DNA of 64,000 nt from assembly GCA_965208575.1 (NCBI GenBank), contig CBDBOV010000006.1:800001-864000 (forward strand), in the 5' to 3' direction. Position numbers and translations under genes: made by a program. Every line of letters begins with the position of its first letter. Position 1 is the first letter of the stretch. This stretch comes from Spirochaetia bacterium (GTDB taxonomy: Bacteria > Spirochaetota > Spirochaetia > SZUA-6 > Bin103). The notes under the pieces were generated by a model. The model was not told the DNA's origin. It searched no databases and saw only the letters and a program-made list of their open reading frames with translations. Positions 39,352 to 49,286 of the stretch are shown piece after piece.

Positions 39352-40326
39352 CTACCACAGCGAGGCCTGGCCGACGCGGCGCGCAAGCCGGTTGGCCAGC
39401 ACCAGGATCGCGAAGTTGACCACGGTTTCCAGCAGGCCCACCGCGGTGGCGTAGTCGTACTGCGACTGCAGGATGCCGGAGCGGTAGGTGTAGGTGGCCA
39501 CCACCTCCAGGGTGGAGAGGTTGAGGTCGTTCTGCATCAGCAGCACCTTCTCGAAACCGATGGTCAGGAGCTGGCCGAGGCGCATGATGAACAGGATCAC
39601 GATGGTGGGCATGATCCACGGGATGTCGACGTGCCAGATGATCTGCGGCTTGTTGGCGCCGTCGCAGAATGCCGCCTCGCGCAACGACGGATCGACCGCG
39701 CTCAGGGCGGCCAGGAAGATGATCGCGTTGAAACCGGCGTTCTGCCACAGCTCCGACAGCACGAACAGCGACGGCCCCCAGGCCGGGCTGGCCATGAAGA
39801 AGATCGCCTCCCCGCCGAGCAACCGGATGATCGAGTTGACCACGCCGATGCGCGGGCTCAGGAAGAAGTACATGATGCTGACCACCACCACCGTCGAGAT
39901 GAAGTGCGGGGCGTAGGTGACCATCTGCACGCTCTTCTTGAAGAAGCGGCTGCGCGCCTCGTTGATCATCAGCGCCAGCGCCAGCGGGATCGGCCAGGTG
40001 GCGAGGCTGTACAGCGAGATGACGATGGTGTTGCGGATGACCGGGATGAAGTAGGCGGAGTTGAAGAAGCGGATGAAGTGGGCGAACTCGTTCCACTCCG
40101 GCGCCGAGCGCCCGGTGCGCAGCGAGAAGCCGTCGGTGAACGCGATGCGCAGCCCGTAGATCGGCAGGTAGCGGAACAGCAGCACGTGGATGATGGCCGG
40201 CAGCACGAATGCGTACAACTCCCACGAGCGCAGCAGGTAGCGCACCGTCTCGTGAATCCGCTCAGCCGCCGACCGGCGGTGCAGTTCTCCCGCCACCCCG
40301 GTTGTGTCAGTCCTGTCCTTGGCCAT
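39352..40326 (-). CDS. Carbohydrate ABC permease (MalF/LplB-like)
   Basis: FRYLPIYG, YAPHFISTVVV, DPSLREAAFCDGA, GFEKVLLMQN. Confidence 0.93.
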   Translation of the reverse strand: MAKDRTDTTGVAGELHRRSAAERIHETVRYLLRSWELYAFVLPAIIHVLLFRYLPIYGLRIAFTDGFSLRTGRSAPEWNEFAHFIRFFNSAYFIPVIRNTIVISLYSLATWPIPLALALMINEARSRFFKKSVQMVTYAPHFISTVVVVSIMYFFLSPRIGVVNSIIRLLGGEAIFFMASPAWGPSLFVLSELWQNAGFNAIIFLAALSAVDPSLREAAFCDGANKPQIIWHVDIPWIMPTIVILFIMRLGQLLTIGFEKVLLMQNDLNLSTLEVVATYTYRSGILQSQYDYATAVGLLETVVNFAILVLANRLARRVGQASLW

Positions 40327-40391
40327 GGTCGTATTGAGTGACGCGCCACCTTACCGGCGACCGCCGTGACTCGCAAGGCAGTTGCGCCGCC

Positions 40392-40507
40392 ATCGAGTAG
40401 TGCCACTTCACCACGATCGACTCGTTTCGCGTGGTCCGATGCCTTCATCGTCAACGTCCGCCGCGGCGCCGACCAGGGCCTGGCAGGCGCCGAGCGCCGA
40501 CGCCGGC
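40392..40507 (+). pseudogene. Decayed internal fragment of a PhyH-like gene
   Basis: Aligns with 49742-49855 (IESRHFTTIDAFEWSDAFIVNFRRGADQPWQ), with a stop codon and frameshifts. Confidence 0.75.
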
Positions 40508-40768
40508 AACAGCCTGGCGGACATTCTCGCCCCGCGAACCGCGCCGCCGGAGGTGCATGATCTTCCCAAGCGTCTCGCACCCGCATGACAGTGGTGTACT
40601 ACGCGGTAGAGGGCGACACGGATGTGCCCGTCGCTGAGCACCTGATTCGACTGGTCGGGCTTTACCCCCGCGCCACGCGGGTGGCTGGGGGCAAGTCCCA
40701 ACTTGACGCACGGATTCCGGCTCTCAATCGGTCCGGTGTTGCGCTCAACTGGTTGATCCTGCGGGATC
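40505..40768 (+). pseudogene. Remnant of an AAA ATPase / DUF4276(Toprim-like) gene pair
   Basis: ...GNSLADILAPRTAP...* followed by ATGA-coupled MTVVYYAVEGDTDVPVAEHLI...GGKSQLDARIPALN...WLILRD, after which similarity is lost. Family call is from motif memory. Confidence 0.55.
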
Positions 40769-40800
40769 CACCGCCGGCACGACCGCCGAGACGGCGCGCC

Positions 40801-41652
40801 TCAGTAGGGTGGCGCCTCAAACGCGGGGGCGACTTCGCCGCGCAGCAGCCGCGCCGCGTACTCCCACTCGAACGGCGACTCCAGGAAGCGCCGGCGGCCG
40901 TTGCGCACGTCGAAGCCGATGCCGGCCGCCTGCGGGAAGTGGCTGTAGATCATCAGCCGCCGCGGCCGGCCGGAGTCGTTGACGCGGGAGTTGTGCACCA
41001 GCAGCGCGTGGAACAGCATCACCGACCCCGCCGGAGCGAGGATGTCCTGGCCGCCCTGCAGGTCGATCAGGTCGGCGCGCACCTGCAAGTCGCCGTTCGG
41101 CAGCCGCTCGTGCTCCAGGTGAGTGCGGTGGCTGCCGGACCACACCCGCAATGGGCCCGACTCCGGCGTGCAGTCGTCCATCGTCACCGCGGACGAGACG
41201 ATGCTCTGCGGATAGTCCTGCGCCTTGTAGTAGGCCCAGTCACTGTGTACGGGGAAGCGCGTGTCGGCGCGTGCCGGCCGCAGGTCGGGCAGCGGCTCGG
41301 CGAGCGGCTGCTTGTAGTTGAGCTTCTCTTCCATCAGCACCGGCTCGTCGCCCATGAGCTGGCGCATCGGTCCGAGCAGGCGCTCGTCCGCGGCCACCTC
41401 GCTCAGGTAGAGGGACAGGTCGTTGATCGGCTGGATCTTGCGCACCATCTGGCGGCCCGCCTCGTCCTGCGTCAGGTCGAGTCGCCCACTGGTGCGGTCC
41501 AGGGCAAGCGACGAGTTGATCACCAGCTCCAGGATGCGATCCGCCTCGCCGCGCATGCGCGCCACTTCCGCCGCCTCGAACGCCGCGGAAAGCACCAGGT
41601 AGCCCTGCTGTGCGAACTGCGCGAGCTGCCCCGCATCGAGTAGTTTCGACAT
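40801..41652 (-). CDS. PhyH-family 2OG-Fe(II) dioxygenase
   Basis: FAQQGYL, EKLNYK, VHSD, GPLRVWSGSH, GSVMLFH, VHNS..N, RR. Confidence 0.9.
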   Translation of the reverse strand: MSKLLDAGQLAQFAQQGYLVLSAAFEAAEVARMRGEADRILELVINSSLALDRTSGRLDLTQDEAGRQMVRKIQPINDLSLYLSEVAADERLLGPMRQLMGDEPVLMEEKLNYKQPLAEPLPDLRPARADTRFPVHSDWAYYKAQDYPQSIVSSAVTMDDCTPESGPLRVWSGSHRTHLEHERLPNGDLQVRADLIDLQGGQDILAPAGSVMLFHALLVHNSRVNDSGRPRRLMIYSHFPQAAGIGFDVRNGRRRFLESPFEWEYAARLLRGEVAPAFEAPPY

Positions 41653-41711
41653 GTGCCCACCATAGCGCGCCGGATACGGCCGCGCATATCGCCGCGTGCC
41701 CGGCCAGCAAT

Positions 41712-41745
41712 CTTGAAAAACAGGAATGCCATTGCTATTTTTCGA
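41712..41745 (+). promoter_or_regulatory. Promoter overlapped by an inverted repeat (operator-like)
   Basis: TTGAAA-N17-TATTTT (extended TG), 6 nt before ATG; palindrome CTTGAAAAAcAGgAATG-c-CATTgCTaTTTTTCGAG. Confidence 0.55.
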
Positions 41746-41747
41746 GG

Positions 41748-42995
41748 ATGAACTACCGGGAGCGCCACCTTGAGCGCAGGCTGTCCCGCTTGCGAAGCGC
41801 GGTTCCCGTAGTCCTGGTAATCGGCGCGCGCCAGTCTGGCAAGAGCACCCTGCTGGCGCACGTGGCGCCGCGAGCGGCTCGCGTGGTATTCGACCCGGTG
41901 ATCGACATCGGCAACGCGCGGGACGACCCCGAGTTGTTCCTGGACCAGTATCGCCCGCCGCTGATTCTGGACGAGGTGCAGTATGTGCCCGACCTGCTGG
42001 CGGTGATCAAGCGGCGCGTCGACGAGGACGGTGCACCGGGCCAATTCCTGCTGACCGGCTCCATGAACCTGATGCTGCTTCGGTCGGTCAGCGAGAGCAT
42101 GGCAGGCCGGGTTGCCGTGCTTGACCTTCCCTTTCTGTCGTTGGCCGAACGCTGCGGCCGCGCGGCGACCGCAGAAGTCTGGGTCGAAGACCTGTTCGCA
42201 TCAGATCCGCTGTCACGGCTGCGCAGGCGGGAACGTCTGCCTTCGCGAGCGATCGAGGCGACGCTGGCAGCACGCCTGTGGCGGGGCGGGTTCCCCAGGC
42301 ACCTGGACCACGACGACGAGATTCTTCCCGATCTGTTGGCGTCCTACATGCGAACGTACGTTGAGCGCGACGTGCGCCGCGTCGCCGCGGTGGAAGACGC
42401 CGGCTTGTTCACCCGCTTCGTCGGCCTGTGCGCGGCCCACACCGGCCAGGAAATCAACCACAGCCAGCTCGGGCGAGAGCTCGGCATCACCTACCAGACT
42501 TCACAACGCTGGCTGGGTATCCTGCAGGCCACCTTCCAATGGCTGGAGGTACCGGCGTTCTCCGCCAATCCCACGAAACGGGTTTCCAAGCGGCCAAAGG
42601 GGTACTTCGCGGACACCGGTCTGGCCGCGTGGACGCAGCGCATTTCCAGCCCGGAGGCGCTGTTCACGAATCCCATGCTCGGTGCTCTATTCGAGACGCA
42701 CGTGGTGCTTGACCTCCTCAAGCAAACGCACGCGATGGCGCACCCCCCGCGTGCCCACCACTGGCGGCTGCACTCGGGTGCGGAGGTGGACCTGATCCTG
42801 GAACGCGACGGGGTGCTGGTCGCCATCGAGGCGAAGAGCAGGTCGCGCGTGACACGTGCCGACACCCGTGGCATTCGTGCCTTCCGCGACTCCCACCCGC
42901 GGTTGCGGCACGGCACAGGCGTGGTGGTGGCCGCGGTCCGAGAAGTCACCCTGCTCGGCGACAACATCGTCGCCGTACCGTACGACCTCGCCTGA
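41748..42995 (+). CDS. AAA+ ATPase (AAA_14) with DUF4143 domain
   Basis: GARQSGKST, ILDEVQ, LLTGS, ESMAGR, GGFP, TYVERD, KRPKGYFADTG, GALFE, EVDLIL, IEAKS. Confidence 0.92.
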   Translation: MNYRERHLERRLSRLRSAVPVVLVIGARQSGKSTLLAHVAPRAARVVFDPVIDIGNARDDPELFLDQYRPPLILDEVQYVPDLLAVIKRRVDEDGAPGQFLLTGSMNLMLLRSVSESMAGRVAVLDLPFLSLAERCGRAATAEVWVEDLFASDPLSRLRRRERLPSRAIEATLAARLWRGGFPRHLDHDDEILPDLLASYMRTYVERDVRRVAAVEDAGLFTRFVGLCAAHTGQEINHSQLGRELGITYQTSQRWLGILQATFQWLEVPAFSANPTKRVSKRPKGYFADTGLAAWTQRISSPEALFTNPMLGALFETHVVLDLLKQTHAMAHPPRAHHWRLHSGAEVDLILERDGVLVAIEAKSRSRVTRADTRGIRAFRDSHPRLRHGTGVVVAAVREVTLLGDNIVAVPYDLA

Positions 42996-43036
42996 CCCTC
43001 GACGGTGACCGGGCACTGAGCGGCCTGGCGCCCGGG

Positions 43037-44200
43037 TCAACGGGGCTGGCGGAGGATGAGGTGCACCGGGCCGATGAGGCCGGAGGGGAGCTGGGCGCCT
43101 TCGTAAGCGTTGGCCATGCTGTTGGTGACCCGTACCTCCAGGCGGTGTGGTCCCGCCGCTACCGGCCCGGTAAGCGGGATACGGTGTGGAGCCCACATGC
43201 GCACCCCGGCGAGTTCTCCATCGAGAGACGCCTCGGCGATATCGCCCACGTCGCCGAGGTCGAGATCCAGCCGGTCCGCCGCGCCCGGCAGGTCGAACAC
43301 GGCCCGGTAGCACAGCGTGCCGGAAAACAGCTCAAGGCCGGGGTGCCGCGACCAGTCGCCGAGTTCCAGGCCGGGAACTGGGTCATCACCCTCGCCTGAC
43401 ACCTGCCATCGCAGGTCGAGCGGCAGCCGCCGTTCGTGGTACTCCTCCGCAACCGCAGCAGGTGCGGCTTCGGCCGCCCGGTCGACTGCCAGCACCACGC
43501 TCTCCCGACGCGGCAGGTGCAGCGCAACCGCCATCCCGTCCCCCGTGGTCCTGGCGCGCGCGGCGCGGCGCGTGCCGGCCAGCGCGTCCCAGCACTCGAC
43601 GCGTCCGCCCGTATGCAGCCACACCTCGCCGTCGATCGTGTCGCCGCCCTCGTTGACCAGCAGGTAGAAATCGATGCCGGCCTTGCGGTAGTGGATGAAG
43701 CGCAGGTCGGGGTGCGGCGGATCGAGGCGCAGGTCGGCAGCGATCAGCCCCGCGAGGCGGTCGGGCAGGTCCATTCCGTCAGTGAATTCGAGCAGGTGTC
43801 CACCGGCGGCCGAGAACTCGTTCAGCACGCGGCGCGCCTTCCCGTCGAGCACCGGGTTTCCCTCCATCACCACGGCACGGTACGTCTGCGTACCGGCGGC
43901 GAGCGTCGCGCCCTCCACCGACGCCTCCGCAAGCGCGCGTTCGTCCAGGTAGAGGAAGTCGATCTGCCTCTGGTAGAGCTGCTTCGCGGCCTGCCAGGGG
44001 ATGGCGTTGCCGTCGCCGAGGATCGCGACGTCGCACACCTGCTCGCCGTCGCACAGCAGCCAGCTCAGCCGCTGCGCGTAGCGGTTGAGCAGGCCGACGT
44101 AGGGGCGCCACGTGTTGTGCAGGCACAGATCCGGCTCGCTCTCCCAGGCGCGCCGGGCGCGGATCGAGTAGAACACCGCGTGCGGATCGATCAGGTTGTT
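43037..44200 (-). pseudogene. N-terminally truncated glycoside hydrolase (GH106/GH2-like C-terminal part)
   Basis: NLIDPHAVFYS, QIDFLYLDE, FYLLVNE, WDALAG, FSGTLCY, LDLGDV, LEVRVTNS, PSGLIGPV; begins abruptly after a vapC remnant. Confidence 0.6.
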
Positions 44201-44209
44201 GCAGATACG

Positions 44210-44335
44210 TCAACTCGACGCCGATGCGAGCGGATTCACCCAGCGGACACCGGCGAAGCGACTGAAATCCGCATCGCTGGAGTAGACCTCGACGCCGTAC
44301 GCGTACAGCAGGAGGTCGACGTCGGGGACGATCAC
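44210..44335 (-). pseudogene. VapC (PIN) toxin remnant with internal in-frame deletion
   Basis: MIVPDVDLLLYAY|GVEVYSSDADFSRFAGVRWVNPL: typical PIN N- and C-terminal motifs joined directly (41 aa). Confidence 0.7.
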
Positions 44336-45159
44336 CGCTCTGCCCGCAGCTTCTCGATCACGGCATCGTCCTCCAGCTCGTCGGCCAGCTTGTTGAACGA
44401 TGCGACGTCGATGCCGGACCGCAGCGACGTCCTGGTGCCGAGGTAGGCGTCGCGCACCTCGCGGTTGGCCTTGAGGTCGGCGACCGGGCCTTCCAGAACC
44501 ACGCGGCCCTGCTCGATCACGTAGCCGTAGCGGGCGACGTCGAGCGCCAGCACGGCGTTCTGCTCCACCAGCAGGATAGACACGCCGCGGTCGCGGTTGA
44601 TGCGCGCGATGCCGGCGAATACCTCTTCCCGAAGGCGGGGCGCGAGGCCCAGCGAGGGCTCGTCGAGCAGCATCACCAGAGGCTCGGTGAGCAGGGCGCG
44701 GCCGATGGCCAGCATCTGCTGCTCGCCCCCGGACAGGTAGCCGGCGCGGTGGTTGCGGCGCGCCGCCAGCAGCGGGAAGAGCTGGTAGACGGCTTCGATC
44801 CCGCCCGGGGGCCGCGCGCGGCGCCCGACCATTGCCCAGGCTGCCGCGCGCAGGTTTTCGTCGACGGTGAGGTCGGTGAACAGGCGGCGGCCCTCCGGCA
44901 CCGCGACCAGGCGGCGGCGCGCCAGCCGATGCGGCGCCACACCATCCACGCGCCGTCCGTCCAGCGTGATCAAGCCGGCCGTGAGGCGGCCCCGCTCGTA
45001 CGGCAGCAGCCCGGCGATGGCGCGCAGGGTAGTGGTCTTGCCGGCGCCGTTGGCACCCAGCAACGCCACGATGCGCCCGGTCGGCACGCGCAGCGAAAGG
45101 CCGCGCAACACCGGCGCCCCCTGCCCGTACACTGCCTCGATGGCGTTTACTTCAAGCAA
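44332..45159 (-). CDS. Branched-chain-type ABC ATPase (LivF-like) with foreign C-terminal tail
   Basis: GANGAGKTT, VPEGRR, LSGGEQQMLAIGRAL, LDEPSLGLAP, VEQN, AYLG, then 34 extra residues. Confidence 0.92.
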   Translation of the reverse strand: MLEVNAIEAVYGQGAPVLRGLSLRVPTGRIVALLGANGAGKTTTLRAIAGLLPYERGRLTAGLITLDGRRVDGVAPHRLARRRLVAVPEGRRLFTDLTVDENLRAAAWAMVGRRARPPGGIEAVYQLFPLLAARRNHRAGYLSGGEQQMLAIGRALLTEPLVMLLDEPSLGLAPRLREEVFAGIARINRDRGVSILLVEQNAVLALDVARYGYVIEQGRVVLEGPVADLKANREVRDAYLGTRTSLRSGIDVASFNKLADELEDDAVIEKLRAER

Positions 45160-45310
45160 GGGGCAAGGTCACCCGACCGGGCGGCGACGGCGGGCGTCCG
45201 ACGACGGGCGCAATGTGAGCCGCCCGGTGTGCCGCACCCGCGCGCCGGCCTGACCAACCTTCGCCGCCGCGCCGCCGCGAGGAAGCGGTCGGATCAGCCG
45301 TCGGAACGAT

Positions 45311-46528
45311 TCAATCGTCGAGGACGATCCAGTCGGACACCGGGTCCATGCGCCCGGTGGCGGAGTTGCCCTTGTAGATGCGCCCGACCGGGATCGAGTT
45401 GTTCCGGAACGTCACCGGCACGCCGATCAGGCCGCCGGTGTCCCAGTCCTTGATCCCGTCCAGGGTGGCCTTCAGGTTGTCGCCGGTCAGCTCCAGGCCG
45501 GCGTCCATGGTACGCTTGATCACCTCGGTCAGAATCATGCCGGAGAACCACGCCTGCAGCGCATAGGTCGGCACGTACTCTACTCCTTGCGATTGCGCGA
45601 CCTGGGCAATCAACCGCAGCGTCGCGGACTCCTCCTGCTCCCAGTAGTAGCGGTACGGAAACACGCCCATGTAGCGGTCGGCGAGCGGGCCGAGCTGCCG
45701 GATGATCAGCGGCTCCATGGCCCAGAACGTGCCCATGAACATGGCATCGACGCCGGTCTGCGCCGCCTGCACCATCACTTCCGGCCACACCGTGGCAACG
45801 TAGCCGTGGAAGATCACGTAGTCGGGCTGTGCGCGGCGCAGCTTGAGCACCTCGGGGGCCACGTCGATGCCGGCCGGCTGGGTCTCGATCTCGGCGACGA
45901 TCTCGATGCCGAGTTGCGCGGCGCGCTCCTTGGCGTACGGGATCGGGTCGCGGCCGAACTCCAGGTTGGAGTAGAACAGCGCCACGCGCGGCGCCGCGCC
46001 GCCGGTGCCGCCCTGCCCGGCGATGTACTCCAGCAGCATGCCGACCATCTCGGCGTAGGTGGGCCCGGTCAGGAACTGGTAGGGAAACCTGTCCGGATCG
46101 GCAAGCACGGTGGCCAGCGAGCTGCCGCCCATCAGCACCTTGTAGCGCTCGTTGACCTCCGGCGCCGACAGCAGCGCAAAGCCGGTCGAGTCGCCGTAGA
46201 AGGCCACCACCTCTTCTTCCTCGGCCATGACCTGCTTGAACACCGCCAGCGACTGCTCCGGCATCGAGCCGGAGTCATGACTCGCCAGCCGCACCGGCCG
46301 GCCGTTGATGCCGCCGGTGGCGTTCAGGTAGCCGAGGTAGGCGCCCATGCCGAGACTGCCAAGCTCGCCCGCCTGGGCGTAGATGCCGGTCAACGGTATC
46401 GATGCGCCCCACACGATCTCGTGCTCGTCCGCAACCAGCGGCACCGCCGCCCCGATCAGTGCGGCGGCCAACGCCAGCGCCACGTTGCGGGCCATGCCCC
46501 GCACGAGTCCCACTCTTCTGCTCTTCAT
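45311..46528 (-). CDS. ABC substrate-binding protein, Liv-like (periplasmic binding protein type 1)
   Basis: Signal peptide; IPLTGIYA, GGINGRPV; located in a Liv-like operon. Confidence 0.88.
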   Translation of the reverse strand: MKSRRVGLVRGMARNVALALAAALIGAAVPLVADEHEIVWGASIPLTGIYAQAGELGSLGMGAYLGYLNATGGINGRPVRLASHDSGSMPEQSLAVFKQVMAEEEEVVAFYGDSTGFALLSAPEVNERYKVLMGGSSLATVLADPDRFPYQFLTGPTYAEMVGMLLEYIAGQGGTGGAAPRVALFYSNLEFGRDPIPYAKERAAQLGIEIVAEIETQPAGIDVAPEVLKLRRAQPDYVIFHGYVATVWPEVMVQAAQTGVDAMFMGTFWAMEPLIIRQLGPLADRYMGVFPYRYYWEQEESATLRLIAQVAQSQGVEYVPTYALQAWFSGMILTEVIKRTMDAGLELTGDNLKATLDGIKDWDTGGLIGVPVTFRNNSIPVGRIYKGNSATGRMDPVSDWIVLDD

Positions 46529-46532
46529 CCGG

Positions 46533-47606
46533 TTACTCCTTCGCCGCGGTTTTGAGCTTCAACCGCTTTCTGATTCGATTGATGATACCAGCCAGGCCGC
46601 CCGGCTCAAAGATCAGGAACAGCACGATCAACAGACCGAACAGCACCTCGCGCACGGGCGCCAGGAGGCCGGCCGCAAGCGGCCCGAACACGCCGGCGAC
46701 CGCGGCAAGCGCCGCCGGCGTGGCGGTCATGAAGATAGCACCAAGCAGGACACCCTGTACAGTTCCCATGCCGCCCACCACGATCGCCGTCAGGTAGAAC
46801 AGCGAGAGCTGGAAGCCGAACTGGCCGGGGGTCACCACCTTGTAGAAGTAGGCCATGAAGCCGCCCGCGAGGCCGGCAAAGAAGGAGCTGACGCCGAACG
46901 CGGCAAGCTGGTAGCGGCGCGGGTCGACGCCGAGCACCTCGGCGGCGCTGTCGCGGTCGCGCATGGCGATGAAGGCGCGCCCGGCGCGGGTGCGGAACAG
47001 GTTGCGCGTGAACAGCAGGGCCGCCACCGCGACCGCCGTGATCGGGTAGTACATCTCGCGCTCGGTGCTCATCTGCAGACCGGCAATCTGCGCCGGCGCG
47101 ACGTTGGTGCCGCCGCGCCCGCCGGTGACCGGCTCCCACGCGTTGAACACGAAGCCCAGAATGAACTGCGCCGCGAGCGTGGCGATGGCCAGGTACAGCC
47201 CCTTGATGCGCAGCGACGGCAGCCCGGTCGCCATCCCCGCACCGGCGGCCAGCAGACCCGCCATCAGCAGGCACAGGGAGGACGGCAGCCCCAGGTTGGC
47301 GCTGAACCACGCCACGCCGTACGCGCCCACCCCCATGAAAGCGGCGTGGCCGAGCGAAATGAGTCCCGCGTAACCGGTCAGCACGTTCAGACCCACGGCG
47401 CTGATCACGATGATCCCGAACAGGCACGCCACGTGCAGGTGATAGCTGTTGCCGAACAGCGGAATCCCCGCCAGCACCGCCGCCGCCAGCAGCGTGCCGG
47501 CCGCGCTCTTCGCGGTCAGGCCCGGGCGCGCATGCGTGCGACCGGTCGCCGCGCCGCCCGCACCCTGCACTGCAGAGGCCGCACGCGCCGGGCCCGGTGC
47601 GGTCAC
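46533..47606 (-). CDS. Branched-chain ABC permease (LivM-like)
   Basis: GLNVLTGYAGLISLGHAAF, RIKGLYLAIATLA, GRAFIAMRD, VVGGMG; GTG overlaps the upstream stop. Confidence 0.92.
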   Translation of the reverse strand: MTAPGPARAASAVQGAGGAATGRTHARPGLTAKSAAGTLLAAAVLAGIPLFGNSYHLHVACLFGIIVISAVGLNVLTGYAGLISLGHAAFMGVGAYGVAWFSANLGLPSSLCLLMAGLLAAGAGMATGLPSLRIKGLYLAIATLAAQFILGFVFNAWEPVTGGRGGTNVAPAQIAGLQMSTEREMYYPITAVAVAALLFTRNLFRTRAGRAFIAMRDRDSAAEVLGVDPRRYQLAAFGVSSFFAGLAGGFMAYFYKVVTPGQFGFQLSLFYLTAIVVGGMGTVQGVLLGAIFMTATPAALAAVAGVFGPLAAGLLAPVREVLFGLLIVLFLIFEPGGLAGIINRIRKRLKLKTAAKE

Positions 47607-48475
47607 AGCCGCTCCACCCGCGGCGCGCCGAGCAGGCCGTGCGGACGCACCATCAGGATGGTCAGCAGCACCAGGAACGGTACCACGTCCTTGTAGGAGG
47701 CACCCAGGTAGAAACCGGTGACCGCTTCCAGCCAGCCGACGATCAGTCCGGCCAGTATGGCGCCGGCCAGACTGTCGAGGCCGCCGAGAATCACCACCGC
47801 CAGCACTGACAGCCCGATCCGTCCCATGTTGGGATTGAGCGTGGTGACCGAGCCCACCACGATGCCGGCCAGGGCAGCGGTCGCCGCGGCGCACGCCCAG
47901 GTCACGCTGAACATCGCCGGCACGTTGATGCCCAGCGAGCTCGCGGCCACCTGGTCCGACGCGGTGGCGCGCATCGCCAGCCCGAGGTTGGTAACCTTGA
48001 ACAGCACCCGGAACACCGCCACGGCGGCCAGCGCGAGCAGCGCGCCGTAGCCGGTGTTGGCGGGGATGTACATCGCCCCGAGGACAATCGGTTGCTGCGG
48101 AAATATGTCCGGCATGAAGAAGTCGCGCGCCGTCCACACGAGCTGCACCAGGCCGTGCAGGACCGCCGCCAGGCCGAAGGTCGCCATTACCGCCACGGTC
48201 TGCGAGCGACCCTCCAGCGGGCGCAGCAGGAGGCGCTCCACGACGGTCCCGAGCAGCGCCGTTGCGACGACTGCCAGCGGCAGCGCCGCCCACCAGGGCA
48301 GGTCCAGCTGCGCCGCGCCGGTGAAGTAGCAGTAAGCCCCGAACATCATGATGTTGCCGTGCGCGAAGTTCACGATGCGGGTGGCGCGGTACACGATCAC
48401 GTAGCCGAGGCCGATCAGGCCGTACACGCCCCCGGCCGCCAACCCGACCAGGCTTATCTCGAGCAGAAACTCCAT
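47603..48475 (-). CDS. Branched-chain ABC permease (LivH-like)
   Basis: IVNFAHG, GLAMRATA, VILGGLDS, RPHGLLG. Confidence 0.93.
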   Translation of the reverse strand: MEFLLEISLVGLAAGGVYGLIGLGYVIVYRATRIVNFAHGNIMMFGAYCYFTGAAQLDLPWWAALPLAVVATALLGTVVERLLLRPLEGRSQTVAVMATFGLAAVLHGLVQLVWTARDFFMPDIFPQQPIVLGAMYIPANTGYGALLALAAVAVFRVLFKVTNLGLAMRATASDQVAASSLGINVPAMFSVTWACAAATAALAGIVVGSVTTLNPNMGRIGLSVLAVVILGGLDSLAGAILAGLIVGWLEAVTGFYLGASYKDVVPFLVLLTILMVRPHGLLGAPRVERL

Positions 48476-48488
48476 CAGCGGCGGTCCG

Positions 48489-49286
48489 TTACGACGCCTG
48501 CTCCGCCTCGGCGCCGAGATAGGCGGCGATCACCGCCGGGTCCTCGCGTACCCGCTCCGGCGTGCCGGCCGCGATCACCCGCCCGAAGTCCAGCACCACA
48601 ACCTGGTCGGCCAGGTCCATCACCACGTGCATGTCGTGTTCCACCAGCAGCACCGTGATACCGCGCAGCCGCTGCAGGTCACGGATCAGGCGCATCATCT
48701 GCTCCCGGTCGCCGTGGGCCAAGCCGGCGGCCGGTTCGTCCAGCAGCAGCAGCCGCGGCTGCATGGCGATCGCCCGCGCCAGTTCGACGCGCTTGCGCAG
48801 CCCGTAGGGCAGCGCCGCCGCGGACTCCCCGAGAATCTCGCGGATGCCGAGCAGGTCGGCCACCTCCTCGTTGATGTACTCCTCCAAGCGCCGCTCCTCG
48901 CGCCGTGCCCGCCCCAGGTACAGCCCGCCGGCCAGCAGCCCGCTGCGCAGGTGCACGTGGCGGCCGAGCTTGACGTTGTCCAGCACCGACATGCTCGGAA
49001 ACAGCGCGATGTTCTGGAACGTGCGCGCCACGCCCAGCGCCGCACGGCGCGCTGCCGGCAGGCGGGTCACATCCGCGCCCGCGAACACGATCCGGCCGGC
49101 GTGCGGCCGGTAGCTGCCCGACACCGAGTTGAACAGGCTCGTCTTGCCGGCGCCATTGGGCCCGATGATGGCGGTGATGCCGCCCTCCGGGACCTGCAGC
49201 GACACCTCGTCGAGCACCGCCAGCCCGCCGAACTGCAGGCACAGGCCGTCCACTTCCAGGAGGTAGCTGGTGACCACGTTGCTCAT
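48489..49286 (-). CDS. Branched-chain ABC ATPase (LivG-like)
   Basis: FGGL, IIGPNGAGKTS, ARTFQN, LPYG, LDEPAAG, VEHDM, VIAAYLG. Confidence 0.93.
   Translation of the reverse strand: MSNVVTSYLLEVDGLCLQFGGLAVLDEVSLQVPEGGITAIIGPNGAGKTSLFNSVSGSYRPHAGRIVFAGADVTRLPAARRAALGVARTFQNIALFPSMSVLDNVKLGRHVHLRSGLLAGGLYLGRARREERRLEEYINEEVADLLGIREILGESAAALPYGLRKRVELARAIAMQPRLLLLDEPAAGLAHGDREQMMRLIRDLQRLRGITVLLVEHDMHVVMDLADQVVVLDFGRVIAAGTPERVREDPAVIAAYLGAEAEQAS

Noticed and set aside
40585-41643. 352-aa plus-strand ORF as an intact gene
   Set aside because: Only the first ~60 aa look protein-like; the rest is antisense to the PhyH gene.
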